Origin: an uncultured delta proteobacterium
Lineage (GTDB): Bacteria > Myxococcota > Kuafuiibacteriia > Kuafuiibacteriales > Kuafuiibacteriaceae
Reading direction: 5' to 3'
Assembly: GCA_963803435.1 (NCBI GenBank)
Contig: CAWDML010000002.1
Location: forward strand, 64,001-128,000
DNA length: 64,000 bases
Part shown: piece by piece, positions 54,186-64,000 of the stretch
Position numbering within the stretch: position 1 is the first letter of the stretch
How the letters are laid out: each line of letters begins with the position of its first letter
The notes under the pieces: generated by a model
Databases searched by the model: none
Told to the model about the DNA's origin: nothing
What the model saw: the letters and a program-made list of their open reading frames with translations, nothing else
Program-made: the position numbers and the translations under genes

Positions 54186-55254
54186 GGAGATCGGCTGGCG
54201 TCACCTGCGGATCCCGCTCAAGACGGCCTTCGCACACGCGCGTCGCGAGCGGGCGGTGAGCGAGGCGATCGTCGTCTGGGTCGAGACCGATCTCGGGATC
54301 ACCGGCTGGGGCGAGATCCAGCCGCGGGCGTACGTGACCGGCGAGACCATCGAGCGGGTGCTCCAGGAGACGTGCCCGGCGATGCGGGGGCGGTGGCTGG
54401 GCGCGTCGTTCGAGACCAACGAGGAGGCGGTCTCCTTCGCACGCGCGGATCTCGACGCGGTCGGGCGGAACCTGGCCACGTTCTGCGGCTTCGAGCTGGC
54501 GCTCCTGGACGCCGCCGGACAGTGCTTCGAGATCTCTTGCGGCGATCAGCTCGGTCCGGCGCGAGCGACACCGCTTCCGGCGGGAGTGGTGATCGGCTTC
54601 GAGGTGGAGACCGAGGCGCTCGAGAAGCACGCCACCTTGTTGAGGTTCAAGAAGCGGACGCACGTGAAGGTGAAGGTGGGTCGCGACGATGACCTGGAGC
54701 GGCTCGTGATCGTGCAGCGCGTGCTGGGCGAGCTGCGCCTGCGGCTGGACGCAAACATGGCCTGGAGCGCCGAGGAGGCGATCGCGAAGCTCGCGGCCTT
54801 CCAGCGCGAGGGGGTCCGCATCGCTTCGATCGAGCAGCCGGTGCCGGCCGGCGACCTGGCGGGGATGGCGCGGGTCCGGGCCGAGAGCGGAGTGCCGGTG
54901 ATGGCCGACGAGTCGCTGTGCACGATCGAGGACGCCGAGCGGCTGATCGACGCGGGCGCGGCGGACATCTTCAACATCCGTCTGGGCAAGAACGGCGGGT
55001 TCGTCGGATCGCTCCGCCTGGTCTCCCAGGCGAAATCTCACGGGCTCGGGCTCCACCTGGGCACGATGGTCGGGGAGACTGGGATCCTGTCGGCGGCCTC
55101 CGAGCTCTTCGGCGAGCGGATCGACGCCTTCGAGTGTCTCGAGGGCAAGGGGCAGAACGAGTGGCTGCTGGCGTCGGACGTGCTGGTGGAGGGCGAGCGC
55201 CGTCGGCACGGCCTCGGCATCGCCGTGTCGCGCTCCAGCGTGCTCGCGCTGTAG
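54175..55254 (+). CDS. Enolase-superfamily (muconate lactonizing / dipeptide epimerase subgroup) enzyme
   Basis: KVKVG, RLDAN, IEQP, MADES and NIRLGKNGG. Confidence 0.9.
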   Translation: MRIEEIGWRHLRIPLKTAFAHARRERAVSEAIVVWVETDLGITGWGEIQPRAYVTGETIERVLQETCPAMRGRWLGASFETNEEAVSFARADLDAVGRNLATFCGFELALLDAAGQCFEISCGDQLGPARATPLPAGVVIGFEVETEALEKHATLLRFKKRTHVKVKVGRDDDLERLVIVQRVLGELRLRLDANMAWSAEEAIAKLAAFQREGVRIASIEQPVPAGDLAGMARVRAESGVPVMADESLCTIEDAERLIDAGAADIFNIRLGKNGGFVGSLRLVSQAKSHGLGLHLGTMVGETGILSAASELFGERIDAFECLEGKGQNEWLLASDVLVEGERRRHGLGIAVSRSSVLAL

Positions 55255-55257
55255 CGG

Positions 55258-55878
55258 TCAGCGCGTCCGCTTTTCGCGGGGACCGCTCCACTTTTCGAAG
55301 AGGTCGACCTCGATCCCCACCAGCGAGAGCGCCCGCTGGGCGATGAAGTCACCCAGATCGTCGAAGGTCTCGGGCTGCTGGTAGAAGGCCGGGCTGGCGG
55401 GGAGGATCCTCGCGCCGGCCTCGGCCGCCGCCGTCATGTTGCGGAGGTGGATCAGGCTGTAGGGCGCCTCGCGGAAGACGAGCACCAGCGGGCGGTGCTC
55501 CTTGAGGGTCACGTCGGCGGCTCGCTCGATCAGGTTGGCGGCGTACCCGTGTGCGATCGCGGCGAGCGTCTTCGCGGTGCACGGCACCACGATCATTCCG
55601 TCCGCGGCCGCAGAGCCGCTGGCGATCGAGGCGGTCTGATCCCCGACCCTGTGCATCCGGAGTTGCTCGGGCTCCACCTCGTCGGCGAGCTCGGCGTAGA
55701 GCCATTCGCGGATGGTTCCCGCGAAGTTTCCGAAGGCCGTCTCCTCCTCCAGCGTCAGGCGGGCGTGCTTCGAGACGATCAGCTCGACCCGATGGCCGCC
55801 GAGGAGGAGCGCACGGATGGTGCGCACGAAGTAGAGGGCGCCGCTCGCACCCGTGGTGGCGACGATGATCCGAGCGAT
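55258..55878 (-). CDS. ubiX: Flavin prenyltransferase UbiX (apparent ATC start)
   Basis: IIVATTGASGA, IASGS, NLIERAADVTLKE and PASPAFY. Confidence 0.9.
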   Translation of the reverse strand: MARIIVATTGASGALYFVRTIRALLLGGHRVELIVSKHARLTLEEETAFGNFAGTIREWLYAELADEVEPEQLRMHRVGDQTASIASGSAAADGMIVVPCTAKTLAAIAHGYAANLIERAADVTLKEHRPLVLVFREAPYSLIHLRNMTAAAEAGARILPASPAFYQQPETFDDLGDFIAQRALSLVGIEVDLFEKWSGPREKRTR

Positions 55879-55931
55879 GACGCCTCTTAGGCCGGTTTCA
55901 CGGGCGCGCGCAACGCTATACTCTTTTCGCC

Positions 55932-57238
55932 ATGGTGTGCTGCCACCCGTACCTGCCCGTCGAGGGGCAGGAGAGCGTGTTTTCGGTGGATCCGACGGCG
56001 ATCACCTTCGGCCGCGACGCCCTGTCCGAGGCCGGTGACTGGTGCCTCGCGCTGGGCGTCCGGCGCGCGGCACTCATCACCGACGCGCGCGTGGCGAAGC
56101 TCGAGCACGCCGCGGTGGTCGAGGCCTCGCTGCGCCGCGCCGGTGTCGACTTTGCGCGCTACGACGAGGTGAGGATCGAGCCTACCGATCGTTCCTTCGA
56201 GGAGGCGGCGGCCTTCGCGCGGGAAGGTGCGTTCGACGGCTTCGTGTCGGTCGGCGGCGGCTCGGTGATCGACACCGCGAAGGCGGCGAACCTCTATGCA
56301 ACCCACCCTGCGTCGTTCCTCACCTACGTGAACGCACCCGTTGGGGAGGCACGCCCGGTGCCGGGGCCGCTCAAGCCGCACCTCGCCTGTCCCACCACCT
56401 CCGGCACCGGCAGCGAGTGCACCGGGATCGCGGTCTTCGATCTGCTCGCGCTCCACGCCAAGACTGGCATCGCGCACCGCCATCTCAAGCCGACGCGGGC
56501 GCTGATCGATCCGAACGCCACCGACACCCTTCCCGCCGAGGTGGTCGCCGCCAGCGGCTTCGACGTGCTCTCGCATGCGCTGGAGTCGTTCACCGCCCGT
56601 CCGTTCACTGCACGCCCGCGAGCGCCGGCGGCGCCGGCCCGACCGATGAGCCAGGGCGCCAACCCGTGGAGCGACCTGGGTTGCCGCGAGGCGCTGCGCC
56701 TGTGCGGCGCCTACCTGGTGCGCGCCGTGTCCGACGCGAGCGATCGCGAGGCGCGAGAGACATGATGTGGGCCGCGTCGCTGGCCGGGATCGCCTTCGGC
56801 AACGCCGGGGTGCACGCGCCGCACGGGATGGCGTACTCGGTCGCGGGGCTGGTGGAGCGTTACCGGAGCCCCGGCTATCCGGACGAGGAGCCGATGGTGC
56901 CCCACGGGATCTCGGTGATCGTGAATGCGCCCTCGGTGTTCCGCTGCACGGCCTCCACGTCGCCCGAGCGGCACCTCGAAGGTGCGCGCCTCCTCGGCGC
57001 CGGGATCCTGCAGGCGGCGGCCGCCGACGCGGGCAGCATCCTCGCGGAGCAGCTGACCGCGATGATGCGGGCCTGCCGGATCCCCAACGGCCTGCAGGCG
57101 CTGGGCTACGGAGAGTCGCACCTGGGCGCGCTGGTGGACGGCGCGATCGTCCAGAAGCGGCTCCTCGACAACGCGCCGCTCCCGATGACCCGCGACGTGC
57201 TGAGCGACCTCTATCGAGGCGCGCTCACGCTCTGGTGA
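55932..57238 (+). CDS. Hydroxyacid-oxoacid transhydrogenase (iron-containing alcohol dehydrogenase family), frameshift near 56760
   Basis: [30 protein letters not shown] and PHGISV across two frames. Confidence 0.88.
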
Positions 57239-57242
57239 CGCC

Positions 57243-57665
57243 ATGCCGACCCGCGCGGAGTACCCGGCGTCTCTCGAGATCACGACCCGATGGTCGGACA
57301 ACGACGTGTACGGTCATGTGAACAACGTGGTGTACTACGCCTTCTTCGATACGGCGGTGAACCAGTACCTAATCGAGCGGGGCGTGCTCGACCTGCGCGG
57401 TGGCGCGGTGATCGGGCTCGTGGTCGAGACCTCGTGCAGGTACGAGAAGCCGATCGCGTTTCCCGACGTGATCCACGCCGGGATCCGGGTGACCAAGATC
57501 GGGACCTCGAGCGTGCGTTACGAGGTTGGGATCTTCGCCAACGACGACGAGACCTCGGCCGCGCACGGCTATTTCGTCCACGTGTACGTCGATCGAGACA
57601 CCCGGCGCCCGTCACCCCTCCCCGAGGGCCTTCGCCGCGTGCTCCAGCTTAATCTCTTGGTCTGA
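57243..57665 (+). CDS. Acyl-CoA thioesterase (4HBT-like)
   Basis: [17 protein letters not shown]. Confidence 0.92.
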   Translation: MPTRAEYPASLEITTRWSDNDVYGHVNNVVYYAFFDTAVNQYLIERGVLDLRGGAVIGLVVETSCRYEKPIAFPDVIHAGIRVTKIGTSSVRYEVGIFANDDETSAAHGYFVHVYVDRDTRRPSPLPEGLRRVLQLNLLV

Positions 57666-57684
57666 TGTCCGATGACCCTGATGG

Positions 57685-58242
57685 GTGTCGACCGAAATCG
57701 CTCAGGACCGGCTGGTGCATCTCATGGAGCGATACGTGCTCCGGTGTACGCCGGAGCTCTTCGGCGACTACGACATCGGCGTCAGCGTCGTCGAGGAACG
57801 CGCGGGCTCGGTCGGTGACGGGACCAGCCTGGCCGGCGTCGTCGGGTTCGTGGGGGACCTGTGCGGGACGCTGCTTCTGTGCGCGAGCCCCGAGCTGGCT
57901 GCGGCGTCGCATCCGCTGCGGGCGCGTGCTGCGGCGGTCACCGAGCGGATGCAGTTCGACTGGGTCGGTGAGCTCGCGAACCAGCTGATGGGCCGCGTCA
58001 AGCTCCGGCTTGCGGATCACGGCATCAATCTTCGCGTGAGCGCGCCAATCTCGATCTCGGCCGAACGGCTCGTGCATCTGGGCGCCGCCGGCGAGACCTG
58101 TCGCGCTCGGTTTCGAAGGGGCTCGAGCGAGATGAAGGTCTGGGTCGATGCCGACCTCCGGGGCTCGCTCTTGTGGTCGGAGGCCTTCTATCGCGATCGG
58201 GAACCAGAGCCGGCAGTCGAGGGGACCGTGACCTTTCTGTGA
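57685..58242 (+). CDS. CheX-like phosphatase
   Basis: AGVVGFVG and DWVGELANQLMG (ExxN). Confidence 0.8.
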   Translation: MSTEIAQDRLVHLMERYVLRCTPELFGDYDIGVSVVEERAGSVGDGTSLAGVVGFVGDLCGTLLLCASPELAAASHPLRARAAAVTERMQFDWVGELANQLMGRVKLRLADHGINLRVSAPISISAERLVHLGAAGETCRARFRRGSSEMKVWVDADLRGSLLWSEAFYRDREPEPAVEGTVTFL

Positions 58243-58267
58243 GCGCCGAGGAGGAGAGGACTCGAGA

Positions 58268-58636
58268 ATGAGCAAGAAGGTACTGGTCGTTGATGACTCG
58301 CTGACCGTGCGCGAGCACGTCTCCGCAGCCCTCGCGAGCAGCGGATTCGAGGTGATCGGCGCTCAGGACGGCATCGACGGGCTCGAGAAGCTGAGCGCCT
58401 GTGAGGACGTGGTCCTGGTGTTCTGCGACGTCAACATGCCCCGCATGAACGGCCTCGAGATGATCGAGGAGGTGAAGCGGATGGAGAAATACGCCGACCT
58501 CCCGATCGTCATGCTGACCACCGAGGGGCGGGCCGATCTGGTGCGAAGGGCCAAGGAGGCCGGCGCGAGGGCCTGGATCGTGAAGCCGTTCAAGCCGGGC
58601 CACCTGGTCGCGGTGATGAAGAAACTGGCGAGCTGA
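58268..58636 (+). CDS. CheY-like response regulator
   Basis: VVDDS, DVNMPRMNG, MLTT and VKPF. Confidence 0.92.
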   Translation: MSKKVLVVDDSLTVREHVSAALASSGFEVIGAQDGIDGLEKLSACEDVVLVFCDVNMPRMNGLEMIEEVKRMEKYADLPIVMLTTEGRADLVRRAKEAGARAWIVKPFKPGHLVAVMKKLAS

Positions 58637-58639
58637 GCG

Positions 58640-60781
58640 ATGGTAGCCGCCGTCAAGACGAAGCCCGACGAGATCGTCCTCCTCGGGATCGGTCGACCCC
58701 CGAGCGAGCTGACGCAGTCGATCCGCGAGGCCGGTCTGGGCCTGATCGTCGCCGTCGAGCTCGCGGATCTCGAGCGCAACCTGGAGTCGATGGGCTGGAG
58801 TCTGGCGGTGCTGGACGCTAGCCTGTTCCCCTGCGGCGTCGCGCACGTGGTGGAGCGCCTCCGGCAAGCCAAGGTCGGTCGCAACACGCCCATCATCCTC
58901 CTCACCGAGGAAGCGGAGCTCCTGGAGGAGGACCCCGCCCCGCGACGGATCGAGCTCGTCGCCAAGCCCATGCACGAGCGCCTGCTGGTCCACCGGATCA
59001 AGAGCGCGCTCGAGGTGAAGCGGATGGAGGAGGCCCGGCTTCGCACCGACAACCGGCTCGCCCGCGCGCGCCGCATGGCCGGGTTCGCCAGCTGGGAGTG
59101 GAGCCTCGAGACCAACGAGTTCACCAGCGATCCCGAGCTGCTCGAGATCTTCGGCTGTCGACGCTACGCCGGGTCCGAGCAGGTCGCCGCACTCATGGAG
59201 AAGGTCCACCCCGGCGATCGCGGCCGCGCGCAGGCGGCCTGGGAGAGCCGGCGTCCCCACCAGCTCGAGTACCGACTGATCGGCGACGGGTCCAGCAAGC
59301 CGCGCGTGGTCCAGCAGGAAGCCGAGCTGGCGCAGGACGAGCCGAACGGAGAGGTCAGGCTGGTCGGGACGGTCCAGGAGATCACGCAGCTCCGTGAGGC
59401 GCAGAAGAAGGTCGCACGCCTCGCCTACTTCGACAGCCTCACCGGCCTCCCAAACCGCGCGTTTCTCTCGGAGCACTTGCTCCGCGTCATCGCCGAGGCC
59501 CGGCGCGGAAAGGATCGCATCGCGGTCATGGGGGTCGACCTCAATCTCTTCAAGCGCGTGAACGATACCCTCGGCCATGCGGCGGGAGATCTCCTGCTTC
59601 GCGAGGTCGCGAAGCGCATCAGCAGCGCCATTCGACACGGGGACGCGGTGGTGGCCAGCGGACACGGCACGATCGACGTCTTCTCCTCGGAGAGCACCGA
59701 CGGCTCGAACCGAGAGAACACGGTGGTCCGGATGGGAGGCGACGAGTTCATCGTCATCCTCAACAACCTCGAGTCGGGTGAGGAGGCCGCCACCGTCGCG
59801 CGGCGCATCTCGGCCCGGCTGGCGGAAGGCGTGTGGATCGACGCGGTCGAGGTCTTCATCGGCTGCAGCATCGGGATCGCAATCTATCCCGAGAACGGCG
59901 AGTCACCGGAGCAGCTGCTCAAGCACGCCGACGCGGCGATGTACGAGGCGAAGGACAAGGGGCGCAACAACTTCCAGTTCTTCACCGACTCCATCAACGA
60001 ACGGGCGCTGCGGCGCATGCGCCTCGAGAACGGGCTGCGGGGTGCCCTCTCGCGGGACGAGCTGCAGCTTCACTATCAGCCCAAGGTCGACATGCGGACG
60101 GGCGAGACCGTAGGGGCCGAAGCGCTGCTCCGCTGGGCCTCGCCCGACGGGATGATCTCACCCGGCGAGTTCATCCCCGTCGCCGAAGAGACCGGCATGA
60201 TCGTGCCGATCGGTGAGTGGGTGATCCGCACCGCCTGCCGTCAGATCAAGGCCTGGGTCGACGAGGGACACCCGCGTCCGGTGGCCGTCAACGTCTCTTC
60301 ACGCCAGTTCAGGGAGGTCGACTTCATCGACGTCGTGTCCTCGATCCTCGACGAGACGTCCATCCCGCGCCACCTGCTCGAGATCGAGATCACCGAGAGT
60401 CTGATCATGCAGGCGATGAGCCAGGGCAGCGTCGTGGTCCAACGGCTCAAGGACCTCGGGGTGAGCATCGCGCTCGACGACTTCGGCACCGGGTACTCGT
60501 CGCTCAGCTATCTCAGCCGGCTCCCGATCGACACGCTCAAGATCGATCTCTCGTTCGTGAAGAATCTCGAAGAGAGCGATACCTGCCGTGCCATCACCTC
60601 GGCGATCATCGCGCTGGCCCAAACGCTCGGGCTCGACCTGGTCGCCGAAGGGGTGGAGACGACGTACCAGATCGACTTCCTGCTCGGACAGGGCTGCCAG
60701 GTCTGCCAAGGTTTCAAGTTCAGCGCGGCGGTGCCCCCCGCCCAGGTGGCGACGGAATATCCGGTGGGAGGAGCGAAATAA
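58640..60781 (+). CDS. Degenerate REC-PAS-GGDEF-EAL c-di-GMP enzyme
   Basis: [20 protein letters not shown] and DDFGTGYSS. Confidence 0.93.
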   Translation: MVAAVKTKPDEIVLLGIGRPPSELTQSIREAGLGLIVAVELADLERNLESMGWSLAVLDASLFPCGVAHVVERLRQAKVGRNTPIILLTEEAELLEEDPAPRRIELVAKPMHERLLVHRIKSALEVKRMEEARLRTDNRLARARRMAGFASWEWSLETNEFTSDPELLEIFGCRRYAGSEQVAALMEKVHPGDRGRAQAAWESRRPHQLEYRLIGDGSSKPRVVQQEAELAQDEPNGEVRLVGTVQEITQLREAQKKVARLAYFDSLTGLPNRAFLSEHLLRVIAEARRGKDRIAVMGVDLNLFKRVNDTLGHAAGDLLLREVAKRISSAIRHGDAVVASGHGTIDVFSSESTDGSNRENTVVRMGGDEFIVILNNLESGEEAATVARRISARLAEGVWIDAVEVFIGCSIGIAIYPENGESPEQLLKHADAAMYEAKDKGRNNFQFFTDSINERALRRMRLENGLRGALSRDELQLHYQPKVDMRTGETVGAEALLRWASPDGMISPGEFIPVAEETGMIVPIGEWVIRTACRQIKAWVDEGHPRPVAVNVSSRQFREVDFIDVVSSILDETSIPRHLLEIEITESLIMQAMSQGSVVVQRLKDLGVSIALDDFGTGYSSLSYLSRLPIDTLKIDLSFVKNLEESDTCRAITSAIIALAQTLGLDLVAEGVETTYQIDFLLGQGCQVCQGFKFSAAVPPAQVATEYPVGGAK

Positions 60782-62910
60782 TGCCGCTCCGGCGTCGCTT
60801 CGTGTCCGTCGGCTGGAAGCTGGCCGGCTCGACGGTCGCGGTCGTCGCGGTGCTGGCGGTCGCCACCCACGTGGTGGTCAGCAACAAGGAGCGGCAGAGC
60901 CTGATGACCTCGAAGCAGGCGGGCGCAGACATGCTCATCGAGCTGTCGGCCGCCGGGCTGTCAGCGCCCCTGGCGTTCGGCGACGACCAAGGCGTGCAGG
61001 AGCAGGTCAACCTGCTCGCGGCCAACGAGGACGTCGTCTATGCCGCCGCCTGGTCGGTGTCGATGGAGGCGCCCGACCGGATCGGCGCTCGACTCGGAGA
61101 GCTCCGGCGCGACGCCATCACGATCGAGGCACCCGACCACATCCCTCGGAGCATCGAGCGGCGCCAGGGCGATCTCTCGATCGAGCGCGCGCCGGTCCTC
61201 GATCCGAGCAGGAAGACGGTCGGCGTGGTCGCCATCGGCTTCTCGCTCGAGAAGGAGCGCGCTGCGCTCGCCACCCGGCAACGCTGGAGTCTCTTGCTCT
61301 CCGCCGCGGCCGCCACCCTGCTAGCGAGCCTGCTCTTGCTGATCGCCCGCCGCTCGATCGTGAAGCCGCTGCGCGCCTTGATGGACGCCGCCCGGCGACT
61401 CGAACGGGGAGAGAGCGCGGTGATCGAGGTCGCTGCCAACGACGAGATCGGGCGTCTGACCACGGCGCTCAAGTCGATGTCCGAGGCCATCCGGGAGCGC
61501 GAGCAGAGCCTCAACGACCGCAATCGGGACATGCGCCTCATCCTCGACAACGCTGGCGAGGGGTTCCTGACGGTGCTGGCAGACGGGACGCTCTCAGAGG
61601 AGCGCTCCCGGATGCTCGAGGAGTGGTTCCCGCTGGCGCCGGGTGCCTCCGCGGCAGGGAACGCGTTCGACTACCTCGAGGCGATCGCCGGCAAGGAGAC
61701 CGCCGAGTGGGTACGCCTCGGCTGGGAATCGCTCTCCGAGGGCTTCCTCCCCATCGAGGTGACGATCGAGCAGCTCCCCAAGAAGTTCGAGAACCGCGGC
61801 CGCTTCTTCGCAGTCGAGTATCGGCCCATCACCGACAGCCGCGACCCTGACCGGCTGGAGGCGGTCCTGATCGTGGTTCGCGACACCACCGCAGAGGTGG
61901 AGCGGCGTCGCTCCGAAGAGATGCAGAAGGAGGCGCTCGCGCTGTTCCAGCACTTCCTCAAGGACCGCACCGGCTTCGGAGAGTTCTTCAAGGAGTGCCG
62001 CGCCCTGGTGGAGTCGATCCGTCCGCGCGAGAGCGATCAGCGGGTCGTGTTCCGCAACATCCACACGCTGAAGGGCAACGCCGGCCTGCTCGGCCTCGAG
62101 AGCGTCTCCCGCTTCTGTCACGAGCTCGAGTCGCGGCTGAGCGACGAGGAGGGCGGGCCCACCACGACGGACATCGCGACGCTCGAGTCGCTCTGGCGGC
62201 GGATCGAGGAGACCGTGGGTCGATTGGGCGCGGACGCAGGACCGCGCTACGCGATCGAGCCGGAGGAGCACCGCGCGCTGCTCGACGCGATCCGCGCCGG
62301 CGCGCCGGCGAGCCAGCTCGAGGCGATGGTGGTGGCGCTCGCGTACGAGCCTGCGTCCCGGCGTCTGGCGCAGATCGGCGAGCAGGTGAGGGCGCTCGGA
62401 GAGCGGGTCGGCAAGCCCGAGATCCAGGTGATCGTGAAGCCGACGCCGCTCCGGCTGCCCCCGCGCCGCTGGGCCACGTTCTGGCCGGTGCTGGCCCACA
62501 TCCTCCGCAACGCGGTCGATCACGGCCTCGAGACCCCTGACGAGCGCGCCCGCCTGGGCAAGACGGGCAACGGGAATATCACGCTCGCCCTCGAGGCGGT
62601 CGGGCCGGACATCGTGTTCAGCTTCGGGGACGACGGTCGCGGCATCGCCTGGGACACGCTCACGGCGAAGGCGGCCCTCCTCGGGATGGACACGGCGTCG
62701 CAGGAGGCGCTCGAGGAGATCCTGTTCTCGGGCTCGGTGTCGTCCAGGGACGAGGTGACGGAGCTGTCGGGCCGCGGCGTCGGGATGTCGGCGGTCCGGG
62801 ATGCGGTCGAGTCGCTGGGTGGCCGGATCTCGATCGCCAGCGCGGCAGGAGAAGGCACCACCCTGAGGTTCTCGTTTCCGGTCACGATGCTGAAGGAGGA
62901 CGCCGCGTGA
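60781..62910 (+). CDS. Membrane-anchored CheA-like histidine kinase (HAMP-PAS-Hpt-HATPase, no CheW domain)
   Basis: Two TM helices, NDEIGRL HAMP, HTLKGNA Hpt, RNAVDHG, DDGRG and SGRGVGM. Confidence 0.88.
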   Translation: MPLRRRFVSVGWKLAGSTVAVVAVLAVATHVVVSNKERQSLMTSKQAGADMLIELSAAGLSAPLAFGDDQGVQEQVNLLAANEDVVYAAAWSVSMEAPDRIGARLGELRRDAITIEAPDHIPRSIERRQGDLSIERAPVLDPSRKTVGVVAIGFSLEKERAALATRQRWSLLLSAAAATLLASLLLLIARRSIVKPLRALMDAARRLERGESAVIEVAANDEIGRLTTALKSMSEAIREREQSLNDRNRDMRLILDNAGEGFLTVLADGTLSEERSRMLEEWFPLAPGASAAGNAFDYLEAIAGKETAEWVRLGWESLSEGFLPIEVTIEQLPKKFENRGRFFAVEYRPITDSRDPDRLEAVLIVVRDTTAEVERRRSEEMQKEALALFQHFLKDRTGFGEFFKECRALVESIRPRESDQRVVFRNIHTLKGNAGLLGLESVSRFCHELESRLSDEEGGPTTTDIATLESLWRRIEETVGRLGADAGPRYAIEPEEHRALLDAIRAGAPASQLEAMVVALAYEPASRRLAQIGEQVRALGERVGKPEIQVIVKPTPLRLPPRRWATFWPVLAHILRNAVDHGLETPDERARLGKTGNGNITLALEAVGPDIVFSFGDDGRGIAWDTLTAKAALLGMDTASQEALEEILFSGSVSSRDEVTELSGRGVGMSAVRDAVESLGGRISIASAAGEGTTLRFSFPVTMLKEDAA

Positions 62911-64000
62911 GCCGGCTCCTTCACATGATCTCGGCGGTGGTCGCGCTGCAGGCGATGGCGCTCCCGGCCTACGCCGACGAGACCCCCGACCTGGAGGAGC
63001 TGCTGAGCGAGAAGGTGGTCGGTGGGGCGTCCAAGACCCTCGAGTCCGCCCACGACGCGCCGGCGACCGTCGTCACCCTGACGGCGGACGACATGCATCG
63101 CTACGGGATCCGGTCCCTCAACGAGGCGATCAACTATCTCGCGATGGGACTGATCACGCAGGATCCGCTGCACTCGGTGGAGGTGGGCGGCCGGGGCGTG
63201 CTCATCACCAGCGACTACGGCAATCACGTGCTGGTCGTCGTCGACGGCCACTCGCTCAACGAGAAGTGGGGCGGAGCGGCCTACTACGAGCAAGGGCTCG
63301 GCATCCCGCTCGAGATGATCGATCACGTGGAGCTGATCCTCGGGCCCGGCTCGGTCCTCTACGGCGGGACGGCGATGCTCGCGGTGATCAACGTGGTCAC
63401 CAAGACGGCCAGGAGCAACAAGGGCCTGCATCTGTTGTCGGAGTGCGGAGTGTCTCCGGCCCAGTCGCGCGGCCAGATCGGTGAGCTCTCCCCCCAGGAC
63501 GGCTACGCCTGCCGATTGGGCGCCGGGGTCGGCTTTGCCACCTCGCTCTTGGAGGTGCCGTTCGAGGTCAACGCCTACGTCGAGGGCTACTTTCAGAACG
63601 GCCCCTCGTTCACGTGGGGGCCGCAGAGCGTCGAGAACGAGGACGGAGAGCCTGCGGCGCTGGGCTCGAAGGCGGTGCCGGGTGTCTGGGAAGGCACCAC
63701 GCACGATCAGTACTACACGATCGTTCCGACCGCGCACGCCCGCGTCACGTACGGCGATTTCGCGCTGTCGCTTCACCTGGAGTCCTACAAGCGTGCGACT
63801 CCGGCACCCGCGTTCAACCAGGCGCTCACCAACTTCGACGATCCGAACAGCTACGAGCTCGATCGTTGGTTCTGGGCAGACCTGAAGTACACGCGAACGA
63901 TCGGTGATCACTTTCAGATGATGGCGCGCCTCTACGGCGACCTCTACGACTATCAGCAGTTCGTACGGATCGACGAGGCCTCGTTCTGCTCGGACCAGAT
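62907..64000 (+). CDS. TonB-dependent receptor (partial, runs off the window)
   Basis: Manual translation shows a signal peptide, APATVVTLTADD, VLVVVDG and IDHVELILGPGSVLYG plug motifs. Confidence 0.88.
   Translation, partial: MSRLLHMISAVVALQAMALPAYADETPDLEELLSEKVVGGASKTLESAHDAPATVVTLTADDMHRYGIRSLNEAINYLAMGLITQDPLHSVEVGGRGVLITSDYGNHVLVVVDGHSLNEKWGGAAYYEQGLGIPLEMIDHVELILGPGSVLYGGTAMLAVINVVTKTARSNKGLHLLSECGVSPAQSRGQIGELSPQDGYACRLGAGVGFATSLLEVPFEVNAYVEGYFQNGPSFTWGPQSVENEDGEPAALGSKAVPGVWEGTTHDQYYTIVPTAHARVTYGDFALSLHLESYKRATPAPAFNQALTNFDDPNSYELDRWFWADLKYTRTIGDHFQMMARLYGDLYDYQQFVRIDEASFCSDQ

Noticed and set aside
55880-55892. 13-bp match (GCCTAAGAGGCGT) to 48360-48372
   Set aside because: A match of this length is expected by chance in 64 kb and does not extend
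56750-56770. Split transhydrogenase as two real genes
   Set aside because: The halves join into one family-length protein with a single indel in a GAGAGA run

Overview
High-GC bacterial DNA with a Myxococcota-like gene set (TIGR02996-type LRR protein, HDOD protein, Cys-rich lipoproteins, AgmX-like domains). Housekeeping genes (argS, mrp/apbC, ruvX, greB, valS, pal, hinT, ubiX) are interspersed with accessory loci. The strongest unexplained signal is a dispersed element family. A ~70-bp arm (CTAG-GAGCGT-GTAG-hairpin followed by about six CCCGGT hexamers) occurs four times. It trails genes or fragments of the four-helix-bundle (23S-IVP/Avd-like) family, always faces a convergent host gene, and in 3 of 4 cases its CTAG overlaps that gene's TAG stop. 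Two copies are 5'-truncated within 1 nt of the same position. A second four-helix-bundle remnant has a heptamer trailer. A degenerate Y1/RAYT transposase remnant shares a GCAAG-N4-CTTGC palindrome with the upstream region of the full-length four-helix gene. Also present are a 3-kb TG...CA element with a deleted transposase and ExeA-ATPase/helicase genes, a CetZ/TubZ-like tubulin with a HEAT-like tail, a GH3/enolase/Cys-hydrolase/SDR/flavoprotein cluster, a split thioester-less alpha-2-macroglobulin, and a receptor-less CheX-CheY-GGDEF/EAL-membrane CheA-like locus. Several single-base lesions in otherwise intact genes suggest consensus errors, so pseudogene calls are tentative. No rRNA, tRNA or CRISPR array was recognised.
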